A stretch of 61,394 nucleotides of DNA, counting the filler. It is 6 parts of 6 records of this genome, joined end to end, with 100 filler letters (N's around TTAATTAATTAA, not from the genome) between each part and the next. Parts side by side here need not be neighbours in the genome. Positions count along the whole stretch, not along the records: positions 1 to 17,482 come from SRR20825006_1195; positions 17,583 to 28,849 come from SRR20825006_1202; 4 more parts are not named here. The stretch is one strand, 5' to 3'. A program made the translations under genes and the position numbers. Positions 9,866 to 19,611 of the stretch are shown here, in pieces. The stretch's first letter is position 1; the number at the start of each line of letters is the position of its first letter. Under the pieces are notes generated by a model. That model saw nothing but the letters and a program-made list of their open reading frames with translations. It was not told the DNA's origin and ran no database searches.

Positions 9866-11167
9866 TTATAGCCCCAGCCGGTCCTTGAGCGCGTACCACC
9901 ACGACCCGAGCGTTGAATATTGCGCGCGGAACATGCGACCGCCAGGGAAGGGAATCCAGGGCAGGCTGGCAAAGGTGTCGAAGCGGGTCATGTCGCCACG
10001 CACGGCCTCGGACAGGATACGCCCGAACAGGTGAGAGCCTGTGACGCCGTGGCCGGAATAGCCATGGGCGAAGTAGATATTCTTGCCCAGGCGGCCGAGT
10101 TGGGGGACACGCGAGAAGGAAAGGGCGAAATTGCCACTCCAGGCGAAGTCCACCTTTACGTCACGCAAGTGCGGAAAGACTTTGTCCATATTGGGTCGCA
10201 GCTTGGCCTCGACATCGGCAGGATCGGTGCCGCCATAGACGACGCCGCCGCCGAAGATCAGCCGGTGATCGGCCGAAACGCGGAAATAGTCGAGGATATA
10301 ACGCACGTCTTCAACGCACATGCCGGTGGGCAGCAGGGCATTGGCGCGGTCTTCGCCGAGCGGCTCGGTGGCCATCATCTGGGTGGAGACGGGCATGACC
10401 CGGGCGGTGAGTTCGGGCACGACATTGCCGAGATAGGCATTGCCGCAGATCAGGGCGGTCCTGGCCCGCACCTGTCCCGTTGCCGTTGAGACAGTGGCGC
10501 CCGAGGCGTCCTGCTCAACCCTGGTGACGGGCGAGTGCTCGAATATCTTGCCGCCCAGCCCTTCGAAGGCAGCGGCTTCACCAAGGGCAAGATTGAGCGG
10601 GTGCATATGGCCGCCCGAATGGTCGATCATGCCGCCTTCATAGACGTCCGAGCCGATATGCTGGCGGATCTGGCTTTTGTCGAGCAGCTCATGGTCATCC
10701 ATGCCGTGGCTGCGCCAGAGCGCCTGCTTGGCCTTGAGTTCTTCCATGTGCTTTGGGGTATAGGCAGCATAGATGTTGCCGCGCTTGAGATCGCAATTGA
10801 TGCCATAGCGCTCCACACGGTCATAAATGATGCCGGCGCCTTCCTGGAGCAGGCCGCCGACGAAATTGGCCGTCTGCTGGCCATAGCGGCGCTTTATGGT
10901 GTCGAGGCTGGCATTGAGGCCATTGACCACCTGGCCACCATTGCGGCCCGATGCGCCCCAGCCGACTTCCGCCGCTTCGATGACCACGACCTTGAAGCCG
11001 TGTTCGGCCAGGCTGATGGCCGCCGACAAGCCGGAATAGCCGGCGCCGACGACGCAGATGTCGGCCTCGACCGAGCCTTCCAGCACCTGTGGCTGGCGGA
11101 CGATGTTGCGCGAAGCGACGTAATAGCTGGGCGGATAGGCCGAGCCGGCGTTTGGCGTTTCAGACAT
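9866..11167 (-). CDS. puuB: FAD-dependent gamma-glutamyl-amine oxidase (PuuB-like)
   Basis: YPPSYY, GAGYSG, GASGRNGG, HPLNLALGEA and GYSGHGV. It is coupled to the GS-like gene. Confidence 0.8.
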   Translation of the reverse strand: MSETPNAGSAYPPSYYVASRNIVRQPQVLEGSVEADICVVGAGYSGLSAAISLAEHGFKVVVIEAAEVGWGASGRNGGQVVNGLNASLDTIKRRYGQQTANFVGGLLQEGAGIIYDRVERYGINCDLKRGNIYAAYTPKHMEELKAKQALWRSHGMDDHELLDKSQIRQHIGSDVYEGGMIDHSGGHMHPLNLALGEAAAFEGLGGKIFEHSPVTRVEQDASGATVSTATGQVRARTALICGNAYLGNVVPELTARVMPVSTQMMATEPLGEDRANALLPTGMCVEDVRYILDYFRVSADHRLIFGGGVVYGGTDPADVEAKLRPNMDKVFPHLRDVKVDFAWSGNFALSFSRVPQLGRLGKNIYFAHGYSGHGVTGSHLFGRILSEAVRGDMTRFDTFASLPWIPFPGGRMFRAQYSTLGSWWYALKDRLGL

Positions 11168-12528
11168 CAGACCACCTCGAGATAGGCGGAAAATTCAAGG
11201 TCGGTGACCTGCGAGGCAAAGCCGGCGTTCTCCTGACGTTTGCAGGCGACGAACATGGATTGCAGCGTGCTGTCGAAGATGCGCGGCACCATGTCGCCAT
11301 CCTCGAAGGCGTTGATGGCCGAGGCCCAGTCCGCCGGCAGCTTGGGCAGACGCTCGGAATAGGCGCGGCCCTTGAACGGTTTTGGCGGCTTGATCTGGTC
11401 TTCGATGCCGACAAGGGCGGCACCGAGAATGCCGGCCAAGACGAGATAGGGATTGGCGTCGGCGCCCGACACGCGATGTTCGATGCGGCGGGCCTTGGGG
11501 TTGCCGCCGGGGATGCGCACGGCGGTGGTGCGGTTTTCATAGCCCCAGGAAATGGCGCTGGGGGCGTGGGTGTCCGGGCGCAGCCGGCGGAAGGAATTGA
11601 AGTGGGGCGCAAAGAGCAGGGTGGTTTCAGCCATGCCGGCCATCAGGCCGCCCACTGCATGATGCATTACCTCCGAACCGCTTTCGGTGCCATCGTCAAA
11701 GACATTGTTGCCGGCCTGGTCGTTGAGGCTGAAATGGACATGGAAGCCATTGCCGGAGCGGGCGCCATAGGGCTTGGCCATAAAGGTGGCGACCAGATTG
11801 TGCTTGCGGGCGACACCCTTGACGATGCGCTTGAACAGAACGGCGTCGTCGGCGGCTTTCAGTCCATTTGTGTGCAGCAGGTTGATTTCGAACTGGCCGA
11901 TGCCGTTTTCGGCCACGGCGGTATCGGCCGGCACGTTCTGCTGCTGGCACTGGAGATAGACGTCGCGGAAGAACTCGCCGAAATCCTCAAGCTCATCCAG
12001 AGAGAGGATGGCGTCGGAATCGAGCCGCTTGCCCGTGTAAGGGGAGATCGGGGGCTGAGCAGAATCGGGGTCAGGATCGACCAGATAGAATTCGAGCTCG
12101 GTGGCGACGACTGGCTCCAGGCCAAGCTCGGCATAGCGCCTTAGCACATGGGCCAGGGCCTGGCGCGGATCGCCGAGGAAGGGGGTTCGCGCGTCCTGGA
12201 ACAGCCAGAGCGGGATCATGGCGCTGGGGCGCGTGGTCCAGTTGATGGGCAGGGCGCCGCGCCCGGTGGGGCTGCAGATGCCGTCGGTATCGCCGCTCGA
12301 AAAGACCAGCGGATTGCCCACGATATCCTCGCCCCAGACGTCCACGCCGACGATGGAGAGCGGCATGCGGATGCCGCTTTCGGCAACGCGCCGGGCCTGG
12401 TCAATGGGGATGCGTTTGCCGCGCAAAATGCCGTTCAGGTCGCAGACGGCGGTATGCAGCACTTCGATCTGTGGATTGGCCGCCAGCCAGGAGACGATGT
12501 CTTCGTTTGCGATCTGATCGGAACTCAT
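11167..12528 (-). CDS. puuA: glutamine synthetase-like gamma-glutamyl-amine ligase (PuuA-like)
   Basis: DLNGILRGK, ATELEFYL, GQFEINL, GNGFHVH, WGYENRT, RIEHR and GADANPY, in a puu context. Confidence 0.8.
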   Translation of the reverse strand: MSSDQIANEDIVSWLAANPQIEVLHTAVCDLNGILRGKRIPIDQARRVAESGIRMPLSIVGVDVWGEDIVGNPLVFSSGDTDGICSPTGRGALPINWTTRPSAMIPLWLFQDARTPFLGDPRQALAHVLRRYAELGLEPVVATELEFYLVDPDPDSAQPPISPYTGKRLDSDAILSLDELEDFGEFFRDVYLQCQQQNVPADTAVAENGIGQFEINLLHTNGLKAADDAVLFKRIVKGVARKHNLVATFMAKPYGARSGNGFHVHFSLNDQAGNNVFDDGTESGSEVMHHAVGGLMAGMAETTLLFAPHFNSFRRLRPDTHAPSAISWGYENRTTAVRIPGGNPKARRIEHRVSGADANPYLVLAGILGAALVGIEDQIKPPKPFKGRAYSERLPKLPADWASAINAFEDGDMVPRIFDSTLQSMFVACKRQENAGFASQVTDLEFSAYLEVV

Positions 12529-12607
12529 GCCTGTGCGTTGCCCTTTTTGTATGACATAGCATCAGACTAGCAGGTGCCGAGGCGTTGCGGGAGGCTGTGC
12601 AGCGAGA

Positions 12608-13399
12608 ATGCGAACAATGGATGCGCAAAGACTTCGACATCGCCCGCTGATCGGGGTGATTGCCTGCGGACGCATAGTGGAAGGTGAACCGGCCCAGGCG
12701 GTCAAGCACCGCTACCTCGAGGCGGTAGAGCGGCACGCGGACGCCATTCCCCTGATCGTGCCGTCCAACCAGGACCTCGGGCACGCGGCCGACCTGGTTG
12801 CCCGGCTCGACGCGGTCATGCTGACGGGCAGCAATTCCAACATTGCGCCCCATCACTACCAATCCACACTCGCCGCGCAGGCACCGATCGACGATGGACG
12901 TGACGCGTTCAGCCAGGCGCTGATTCATGCGGCGATCACGGCGGCCAAGCCGGTTTTCGGCATCTGCCGGGGATTGCAGGAAATTAATGTCGCGCTGGGC
13001 GGAACCTTGCGAGACCTGCGCGAAAGCGGCGAAGGTGCCGTTCACCACGCGCCGCAAGACGTTTCGCTGGAAGAGATGTTCGGGTTTGGCCACCGAATCG
13101 CGGTGAATGCCGGTGGAATGCTGCGTCGCATTGTGGATGCGGATCACCTCGACGTTAACAGCGTTCATTTTCAGGCCATCGACCGCCTTGCCGAGGGGTT
13201 GGTGGTCAATGCCACCGGGCCCAATGGCGTCATCGAGGCCATATCGGCCAGCCACACACCGGCGCCGGTATTTGCCGTTCAGTGGCATCCGGAATGGCGG
13301 CCCGAGGGGCGGTCGCATGACCTGGCCTTCTGGCATTATCTGAGCGAAGCGGCGCGGGCGCGCTATATGCCTGCCCCGGGATCGGAGTTGAGTGCATGA
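12608..13399 (+). CDS. puuD: gamma-glutamyl-GABA hydrolase (peptidase C26, PuuD-like)
   Basis: LTGSNSN, GICRGLQE nucleophile, NSVHFQ and VQWHPEW. Confidence 0.85.
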   Translation: MRTMDAQRLRHRPLIGVIACGRIVEGEPAQAVKHRYLEAVERHADAIPLIVPSNQDLGHAADLVARLDAVMLTGSNSNIAPHHYQSTLAAQAPIDDGRDAFSQALIHAAITAAKPVFGICRGLQEINVALGGTLRDLRESGEGAVHHAPQDVSLEEMFGFGHRIAVNAGGMLRRIVDADHLDVNSVHFQAIDRLAEGLVVNATGPNGVIEAISASHTPAPVFAVQWHPEWRPEGRSHDLAFWHYLSEAARARYMPAPGSELSA

Positions 13400-14823
13400 G
13401 AAAAATGGAAACCCGACTGTTCATCGATGGCGCCTATGTCGAGGGTCAGGGCAAGGTTGAAACCGCGTTTGAGCCGGCCTTGGGCAAGCCACTTGCCGAG
13501 ATTGCCTCGGCCAGCGATGCGCAGATCGACCAGGCAGTGATGGCAGCCGACACGGCTTATCGGTCCTGGTCCAAAACGTCGCCGCGCGAGCGCAGTGCGG
13601 CGCTGCTGGCCATTGCAGCCGCCATCGAGGCGAAAGTGGACCAACTGGCCGTGATCGAGTCACGTAATGCCGGCAAACCGCTGCGTTTCGTCAAGGCGGG
13701 CGAGTTGGCCAATGTCGCCGATGTGTTCCGTTTCTACGGCACGGCGGTGCGCAACATGCCCGCGCCGGCAGCGGGCAATTATCGCTCCTCGACCCGCACG
13801 AGCCTGGTGCGGCGCGACCCGATTGGCGTCATCGCCCAGATCGCGCCCTGGAATTATCCGCTCCTGATGGCGGCCTGGAAGATCGCGCCGGCGATTGCGG
13901 CGGGCAATGCGGTGGTCATCAAGCCCTCGGAAATGACCCCAGTCAGCCTTTTGGCGCTCAGCGAAATTTTCGCGGACATCCTGCCACCCGGTGTCGTCAA
14001 TGTGATCTGCGGCAATGGTCCGGAGGTGGGCCATCGGCTGATTTCGCACGATCTGGTGCGGATGATTTCACTCACGGGTGATGTGCGCACGGGCCGCGCC
14101 GTGTTGCAGGCGGCGGCCGGCAATACCATCAAGCGGACCCATCTCGAGCTTGGCGGCAAGGCGCCGGTGATCGTCTGCGAGGACGCCGATCTCGACAAGC
14201 TGGTGGAAACCTTGCGCGAGGCGAGTTTCTATAATGCCGGACAGGACTGCACGGCGGCCTGCCGCATCCTGGCGCATAAAGACATTGTGCAGAATCTGAC
14301 CGACCGGCTGGAAACCATGATCGGGTCGCTGGTCTATGGCAGGCCCGAGCGGGACGATGTGGAGTTCGGTCCGGTGATCAGCCAGCGGCAGCTGGAACGT
14401 GTCGACGGGTTCGTGTCGCGGGCGCGCAGTGAGGGCTTTGAGGTGATGCAGGGCGCAGCGCCTGATCCCGATGGCTATTTCTTTCCGCCCACGCTGGTGG
14501 CCGCGCCGATCGAAGCGGAGATCGTGCAAAAGGAAGTGTTCGGGCCGGTTCTCAGCATCACGCCATTCGATGACGCGCAGCAGTCGGTCGATTGGGCCAA
14601 TGCGTCCGAATATGGCCTCGGATCATCGGTCTGGTCGCGGGATGGCAGCCAGGCCATGGCAATTGCCAATGCGCTTGAATATGGGGTGACCTGGGTCAAC
14701 ACCCATGGCGTCATGGCAACCGAAATGCCGCATGGCGGCATGAAGAATTCGGGCTATGGCTCGGACCTCTCCATGCAGTCGCTGATCGACTACACCCAGA
14801 TCCGCCATATCATGGTGGAGTAG
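13396..14823 (+). CDS. patD: gamma-aminobutyraldehyde dehydrogenase (PatD-like ALDH)
   Basis: PWNYP, ELGGKAP, NAGQDCTAA and EMPHGGMKNSGYGSDLS. Confidence 0.78.
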   Translation: MRKMETRLFIDGAYVEGQGKVETAFEPALGKPLAEIASASDAQIDQAVMAADTAYRSWSKTSPRERSAALLAIAAAIEAKVDQLAVIESRNAGKPLRFVKAGELANVADVFRFYGTAVRNMPAPAAGNYRSSTRTSLVRRDPIGVIAQIAPWNYPLLMAAWKIAPAIAAGNAVVIKPSEMTPVSLLALSEIFADILPPGVVNVICGNGPEVGHRLISHDLVRMISLTGDVRTGRAVLQAAAGNTIKRTHLELGGKAPVIVCEDADLDKLVETLREASFYNAGQDCTAACRILAHKDIVQNLTDRLETMIGSLVYGRPERDDVEFGPVISQRQLERVDGFVSRARSEGFEVMQGAAPDPDGYFFPPTLVAAPIEAEIVQKEVFGPVLSITPFDDAQQSVDWANASEYGLGSSVWSRDGSQAMAIANALEYGVTWVNTHGVMATEMPHGGMKNSGYGSDLSMQSLIDYTQIRHIMVE

Positions 14824-14851
14824 GACCCGGTTGCCCGGGCCCCTTGTTGGA

Positions 14852-15811
14852 TCAGTCGGCAAGTGCATCGAGATCGCGGCCGGAAATGGCGGCGAGCACG
14901 GCCGAAGCCATCATGCCTGCGGCGGTATAGGAGCGCGCGACAGCGTCCTCGCGCGGCAGCAGCACGAAACGTTCCCCCTGGCAGGCGGTGAGGAAGTCGC
15001 AGAAGCCCGGCGCGACCGTGTCGATTTCGGCAATGGCCTGGGCAGGCGTTTGGCCGCGCGGAGCATCATAGGTTAGGAACATGAAATCGGCGTCGAACGC
15101 CTGCAATTCCTCTCCTGAAAACAGGACCCGGTCGCTTCCCTCGATAGCGTTGAGCACATCCGGGAAGGTAAAACCGGCGTCGCGCAGGACCTTCCCGATA
15201 ACGCCGTAGGTGTGCCACGCCTGGATTTGTCCGGCGTTGGTCAGGATGATCGATGCCGAGATGTTGCGCTCCCCAACAACGGCCCGGATCTGATCGACCT
15301 GCGCCTGGTAGCGCGCCTTCAGCAGGTCCAGCCGGTCGTGCGTGCCGGTCAGTTCGGCGATATCCTCAAAGGTCGCCAGCTCCCCGCGCATATTGTCTTC
15401 GACCACAACTGTCGGCGCGATCCGCTCCAGTCCCTCCAGCGGTGTCTGCTGAAAGGCCGCGGTGATGATGAGATCGGGTTCCAGTGCGGCGATCGCTTCA
15501 AGGTCTGCCGGAGAGCCGCCAACATTTGCGATGTCGGAATTCTCGAAGGTGACGCCAGTCAGGGTAGCGGCCCCGCGCATATAGGGTCCGCCGTCGCCTT
15601 CGCGTCCGAAGGCGCCCACGGGCAGAATGCCGAGTTCCACCAGGGGAACGGTCAGCGAGCTGTCATGCAGGGTTACGATCCGCTGGGGCGCGACGGGTAC
15701 GTCGATCGTTCGGCCGGCATCGTCGGTGTAGGAGCGGGTTTCCTGGGAGAGGAGAGGCTGAATGCCGGCGAGAAGTGCCAGGCCAGTCAGGATGAGGGGG
15801 AGCTTGCGCAT
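14852..15811 (-). CDS. iron-siderophore ABC transporter substrate-binding protein
   Basis: Signal peptide, TDDAGRT..VPVAPQRIV, DLEAIAALEPDLI and LERIAPT. Confidence 0.85.
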   Translation of the reverse strand: MRKLPLILTGLALLAGIQPLLSQETRSYTDDAGRTIDVPVAPQRIVTLHDSSLTVPLVELGILPVGAFGREGDGGPYMRGAATLTGVTFENSDIANVGGSPADLEAIAALEPDLIITAAFQQTPLEGLERIAPTVVVEDNMRGELATFEDIAELTGTHDRLDLLKARYQAQVDQIRAVVGERNISASIILTNAGQIQAWHTYGVIGKVLRDAGFTFPDVLNAIEGSDRVLFSGEELQAFDADFMFLTYDAPRGQTPAQAIAEIDTVAPGFCDFLTACQGERFVLLPREDAVARSYTAAGMMASAVLAAISGRDLDALAD

Positions 15812-15869
15812 GGGATATGTTCTCCAGTCAAAAGGGGCATGGCCCGCATCTGTGCGGGCCACCGGCGTT

Positions 15870-16844
15870 TCAATCGGTCCTGGCGACGAAGTCGCGGCCG
15901 GAAATGTGCGAGATGACCATGTAGCTGAGCACGCCCAGACCGTAATAGGACGAGGCGGAGGCCTCCTCGCGTGGCACGACGATCATCTGGTTCTCGCGGC
16001 AGGCGTGCAGGAAGTCACAGAAACCGGGCATGACCTCTTCGAGATATTTGATAGCGTCGGCCGGGGTTTCCAGCGTGTCCGTGCGATAGGTCACGAAGAC
16101 GAAATCGGCGTCCAGCTCGGGTAGCGCCTCGGCGCTCATGCGCTCGAACTGTCCTTCGGCAATGGCCTCGACCCGATCAGGGAAGGCAAAGCCTGAATCG
16201 CGCAGGACTTTTCCCAGCGCGCCATAGGTGTGCCAGCTCAGGACCTCTCCATTGACGCCCTGGATGACGTTGACCGAGACGTTTTCCGTGTCGATCAGGC
16301 GCTGGATCTGGGCGATCTGGCCTTCATAGCGCGCCTTGAGGACGGCGAGGCGATCCTGGGTGCCGGTGATTTCGGCCAAGGCATCGTGCATGGCCAGATC
16401 GCCACGCTTGGAGTCATCGAGCACAATAGTGGGTGCAATGGAATCGAGCTGCTCGAGCGGCGCGGTCTGCCAGGGTGTGGTCAGGATCAGATCGGGTTCC
16501 AGGGCGGCAATGGCCTCGACATCGGCGGGCAGATTGCCAACGAAGCTGATTTCGGAATTGTCGAAATCGACGCCGGTGAGCACATCGGAGGAACGAATGA
16601 AGGGTTCGCCTTCGGCCGTGGTGCGGCCATGGCTGCCGACGGGTGTGACGCCCAGTTCGAGCAGCGGCACAGTGATGGCGAGGTCCTGCAGCGAGACGAT
16701 ACGCAGAGGCGCGGCAGGGATTTGTACGGTGCGGCCGGCATCGTCGATGAAGGGGCGGGTGTCCTGTGCGGCGGCCGGAAAGGCCAGGGCCAGGAGCAGG
16801 GGGACGGACGCCAGGGCCCGGAGATGGGTGACGGGCATGATCAT
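15870..16844 (-). CDS. iron-siderophore ABC transporter substrate-binding protein
   Basis: DDAGRTVQIPAAPLRIV and DVEAIAALEPDLI. Paralogue of its neighbour. Confidence 0.85.
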   Translation of the reverse strand: MIMPVTHLRALASVPLLLALAFPAAAQDTRPFIDDAGRTVQIPAAPLRIVSLQDLAITVPLLELGVTPVGSHGRTTAEGEPFIRSSDVLTGVDFDNSEISFVGNLPADVEAIAALEPDLILTTPWQTAPLEQLDSIAPTIVLDDSKRGDLAMHDALAEITGTQDRLAVLKARYEGQIAQIQRLIDTENVSVNVIQGVNGEVLSWHTYGALGKVLRDSGFAFPDRVEAIAEGQFERMSAEALPELDADFVFVTYRTDTLETPADAIKYLEEVMPGFCDFLHACRENQMIVVPREEASASSYYGLGVLSYMVISHISGRDFVARTD

Positions 16845-17482
16845 TCCTTTGCGGAAAGCGGGGTGAAATTGCGGCCGGCAATGCCGGCGTGAACCGTCGT
16901 GATGGCGAGGTCCATGGCGTTGTAAGAGACGGTGAATGCCTCGTCGCGCGGCAGGAACAGGACCTGGTCATTGCGGCAGGCGTGGAGGAAATCGCACCAA
17001 CCGGGCACGGATTCTTCCATGGCAGCGCGGGCATCTGCGGGCGTGTCGCCGCGGTCGTTGCGGTAAGTGATGATGACGAAATCCGCGTCAAGTTCGGCCA
17101 GGCGCTCGGCGGAGATCGTCGACTCCACCCTGAGCTCTTCCATGATCTCGATCGAGCTGAAGCCGGTTTCGGTGAGGACGTGACCCAGCGAGCCATAGGT
17201 GGGCATGTAGGACGCCACAACGACGCCGGCTTCGCCGCCGCTCAGGATCGAGACGGTTGTGTTTTCGGCATTGGGGACGGCCTGGCGCAGGCCTTCAATC
17301 TGCCATTCGAGCCGGCCCTGCAGCTTTTTGAACTGTGCGGTAGCGCCCACGGCGTCCGCGAGAATGCGGAAATGGTCGGTGCCGGAGCGGTTGTAGCGGT
17401 TCAGGCTGATGCTTGGAGCAATGAGATTGTACTGGCGAAGCAGAGCTTCATCGGCCTCGGGGGTGATGATGAGATCGGGCGA
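16841..17482 (-). CDS. iron-siderophore substrate-binding protein, 5' end lost at the contig edge
   Basis: Frame is open from the gap: SPDLIITP...LIAPSI...LAELDADFV...PGWCDFLHACRND. Confidence 0.8.
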   Translation of the reverse strand, partial: SPDLIITPEADEALLRQYNLIAPSISLNRYNRSGTDHFRILADAVGATAQFKKLQGRLEWQIEGLRQAVPNAENTTVSILSGGEAGVVVASYMPTYGSLGHVLTETGFSSIEIMEELRVESTISAERLAELDADFVIITYRNDRGDTPADARAAMEESVPGWCDFLHACRNDQVLFLPRDEAFTVSYNAMDLAITTVHAGIAGRNFTPLSAKE

Positions 17483-17582
17483 NNNNNNNNNNNNNNNNNN
17501 NNNNNNNNNNNNNNNNNNNNNNNNNNTTAATTAATTAANNNNNNNNNNNNNNNNNNNNNNNNNNNNNNNNNNNNNNNNNNNN
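17483..17582. other. artificial contig spacer
   Basis: N44-TTAATTAATTAA-N44, which places stops in all six frames. Confidence 0.97.
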
Positions 17583-17806
17583 CGGCTGGTGATGCCGATA
17601 TGGTTCATGATTTCGCCCGCCAGAATAAAGAACGGCATGGCAAGAAACGGGAATACGTTCAGACCGTTAAAGACCTTGCTGGGCCCCTGAACAAGGAACA
17701 TGCCCCCGCCCATGTCATAAAGGCCAATCACCCCGGCAACGCCAAGGGCAAAACCAATCGGCATGCCCAGAACCATCAGAACGACAAAAGCAATACCGAC
17801 GATCAT
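17583..17806 (-). CDS. dctM: TRAP transporter large permease, N-terminal fragment
   Basis: LGMPIGFALG and FPFLAMPFFILAGEIM. Cut by the gap. Confidence 0.85.
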
Positions 17807-18333
17807 TCTGCGCCCTCCGCCAGATCAATGGGAACAAAACGTCCCTGATCGCGAAGTGCGACCAGCAACAGCTGAATGGCAGCAAGAAGTGACGCAACCG
17901 GCACCGCCGCATAAGGCAGTGCCAGCGTCATGCCAAAAATCATCGCCTGACGGCGCATACCGCCCACGGCAAAATCAAAGCCATAAATCGCCAGATACAG
18001 AAACGCACACAGCGCAATCAGATCGACACAGAACAGAACCGTGCGCTGAACCGGCTTTGGCGTATTAAGGATAAACATCCCGATGCCGATATGTTCACGC
18101 CGCGCAATCCCGGCCGATACCGCCAAAAGCGCAGCCCAGATCATCAGATAGCGCGCAAGCTCCTCGGGCCAGGGCAGTTGCCAGTGAAAAATGTATCGAT
18201 CAATCACGCCCAGCCAGACATCCAGCACAAGGGCCAGCATCAGGACGGCAATCACTCGTTCGACCAGCCAGTTTAACGACCGGCTGATCATTGCGGCTGT
18301 GGTTTCAACACGGCGCAGCGCCATCTTACTCAA
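17803..18333 (-). CDS. dctQ: TRAP transporter small permease
   Basis: RYIF..LPWPEELARYLMIW, RREHI and four TM segments. Confidence 0.87.
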   Translation of the reverse strand: MSKMALRRVETTAAMISRSLNWLVERVIAVLMLALVLDVWLGVIDRYIFHWQLPWPEELARYLMIWAALLAVSAGIARREHIGIGMFILNTPKPVQRTVLFCVDLIALCAFLYLAIYGFDFAVGGMRRQAMIFGMTLALPYAAVPVASLLAAIQLLLVALRDQGRFVPIDLAEGAE

Positions 18334-18356
18334 TCTCTCCGCTGATGAATGTTTTG

Positions 18357-18475
18357 TGTAATTTTTCTACACATTGAGGATATTTTTGTAGCTTGTCTAC
18401 ATATTTTTGCACCATAATCTTAGATATCACCCCAAATGTTCCGAGACGAATGATATTATAGGTAGTTAAACTACA
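18357..18475. promoter_or_regulatory. three HexR/RpiR-type operator candidates (TGTA-N7-TACA)
   Basis: TGTAATTTTTCTACA (18357-18371), TGTAGCTTGTCTACA (18387-18401) and GGTAGTTAAACTACA (18461-18475), between dctQ and the divergent RpiR gene. Confidence 0.65.
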
Positions 18476-18699
18476 TTTTTACCTATATTATTGGGTCACC
18501 TGCCCAAAACCACCGTAAGACAACAACGGCGATCAAGCATTTCGGCAATCAACGCCCTACCCGCTTTGCGGTTAAATCCGGCAGGATGGGCAATCTCGGG
18601 ATCAAGATCGCAGCTATCGCCTGCAAACTGAAAAAGTGATATTTATCAGCGGGGTGTTGGCAACAACACCTCATATTCGAAAATGATCGGAACGCTTGC

Positions 18700-19584
18700 A
18701 TGCAACCTACTGTCGATATCATCAGCCTCCTGCGTCGAAAGGCCGGAACCTTTCCCGCACGCGAACAACGGGTTGCCGACTACGTTCAGGATCATTTGCA
18801 GGACGTCACCACCATCGCGCTTTCTGATCTTGCGCAAAAGGTCGGCGTCAGCGAACCGACCGTGATCCGGTTTTGCCGGACCCTTGGGTGCGACGGGTTT
18901 CGTGATTTCAAAATACGGCTGGCGCAGAACCTTGCCGTCAGCATGCAATACCTGGCCCCCGAAGACCTTGCCGACGACACAACAGCCGCCGACGTGCTTT
19001 CCAATCACGTGCTGGGCGTGATTGTCGATAACCTGCGCCTTTTGCGTGAACAGCTTTCAAGTACTGAAATCGACAAGGCCGCCGATATTCTGGCCAATGC
19101 CCGCCAGATCGCCTTTATGGGCGTTGGCGGCGGCTCAACCACGGTTGCCTTTGATGCCGCCAACCGGTTTTTCCGGCTTGGCATTCCCGCACAGGCACAA
19201 AGTGATGGTTACCTTCAGCGCATGCTGGCCTCAACCTTTGGCGAGGAAGATGTGCTTTTTGCCATTTCCACCAGCGGCCGACCGACCGAACTGATCCACA
19301 GTGCCGCCATTGCCCGCCAATATGGCGCAAAGGTCATCTCCATGACCCACCCGCAAAGTCCGCTTGCCGCCGAAAGCGACCTTGTGATTGGCATTGATAT
19401 GCCTGAAAACCCTGATATTTATAAGCCAACGGCCACCCGGCACGTTTTTCTGGCAACCATCGATATCATTGCCACTGCGGTTGCCCGGCGCACGCCGGAC
19501 CGAACGCTTGAAAAACTTCGCCGGATCAGGTCATCTTTGCTGACTCTCAATCCGCCGACAGGTCGCCAGCCCATCGGCGACTAA
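18700..19584 (+). CDS. RpiR/HexR family transcriptional regulator
   Basis: HTH VSEPTVIRFCRTLGCDGFRDFK and SIS domain (GVGGGS, ISTSG). Confidence 0.9.
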   Translation: MQPTVDIISLLRRKAGTFPAREQRVADYVQDHLQDVTTIALSDLAQKVGVSEPTVIRFCRTLGCDGFRDFKIRLAQNLAVSMQYLAPEDLADDTTAADVLSNHVLGVIVDNLRLLREQLSSTEIDKAADILANARQIAFMGVGGGSTTVAFDAANRFFRLGIPAQAQSDGYLQRMLASTFGEEDVLFAISTSGRPTELIHSAAIARQYGAKVISMTHPQSPLAAESDLVIGIDMPENPDIYKPTATRHVFLATIDIIATAVARRTPDRTLEKLRRIRSSLLTLNPPTGRQPIGD

Positions 19585-19611
19585 TCACGCCACCATCCCA
19601 TCGAGGCCCCA

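Noticed and set aside
17527-17538. TTAATTAATTAA recurring five times in the window
   Set aside because: Always centred in a 100-bp N block, so it is a synthetic six-frame-stop linker and not a biological repeat.
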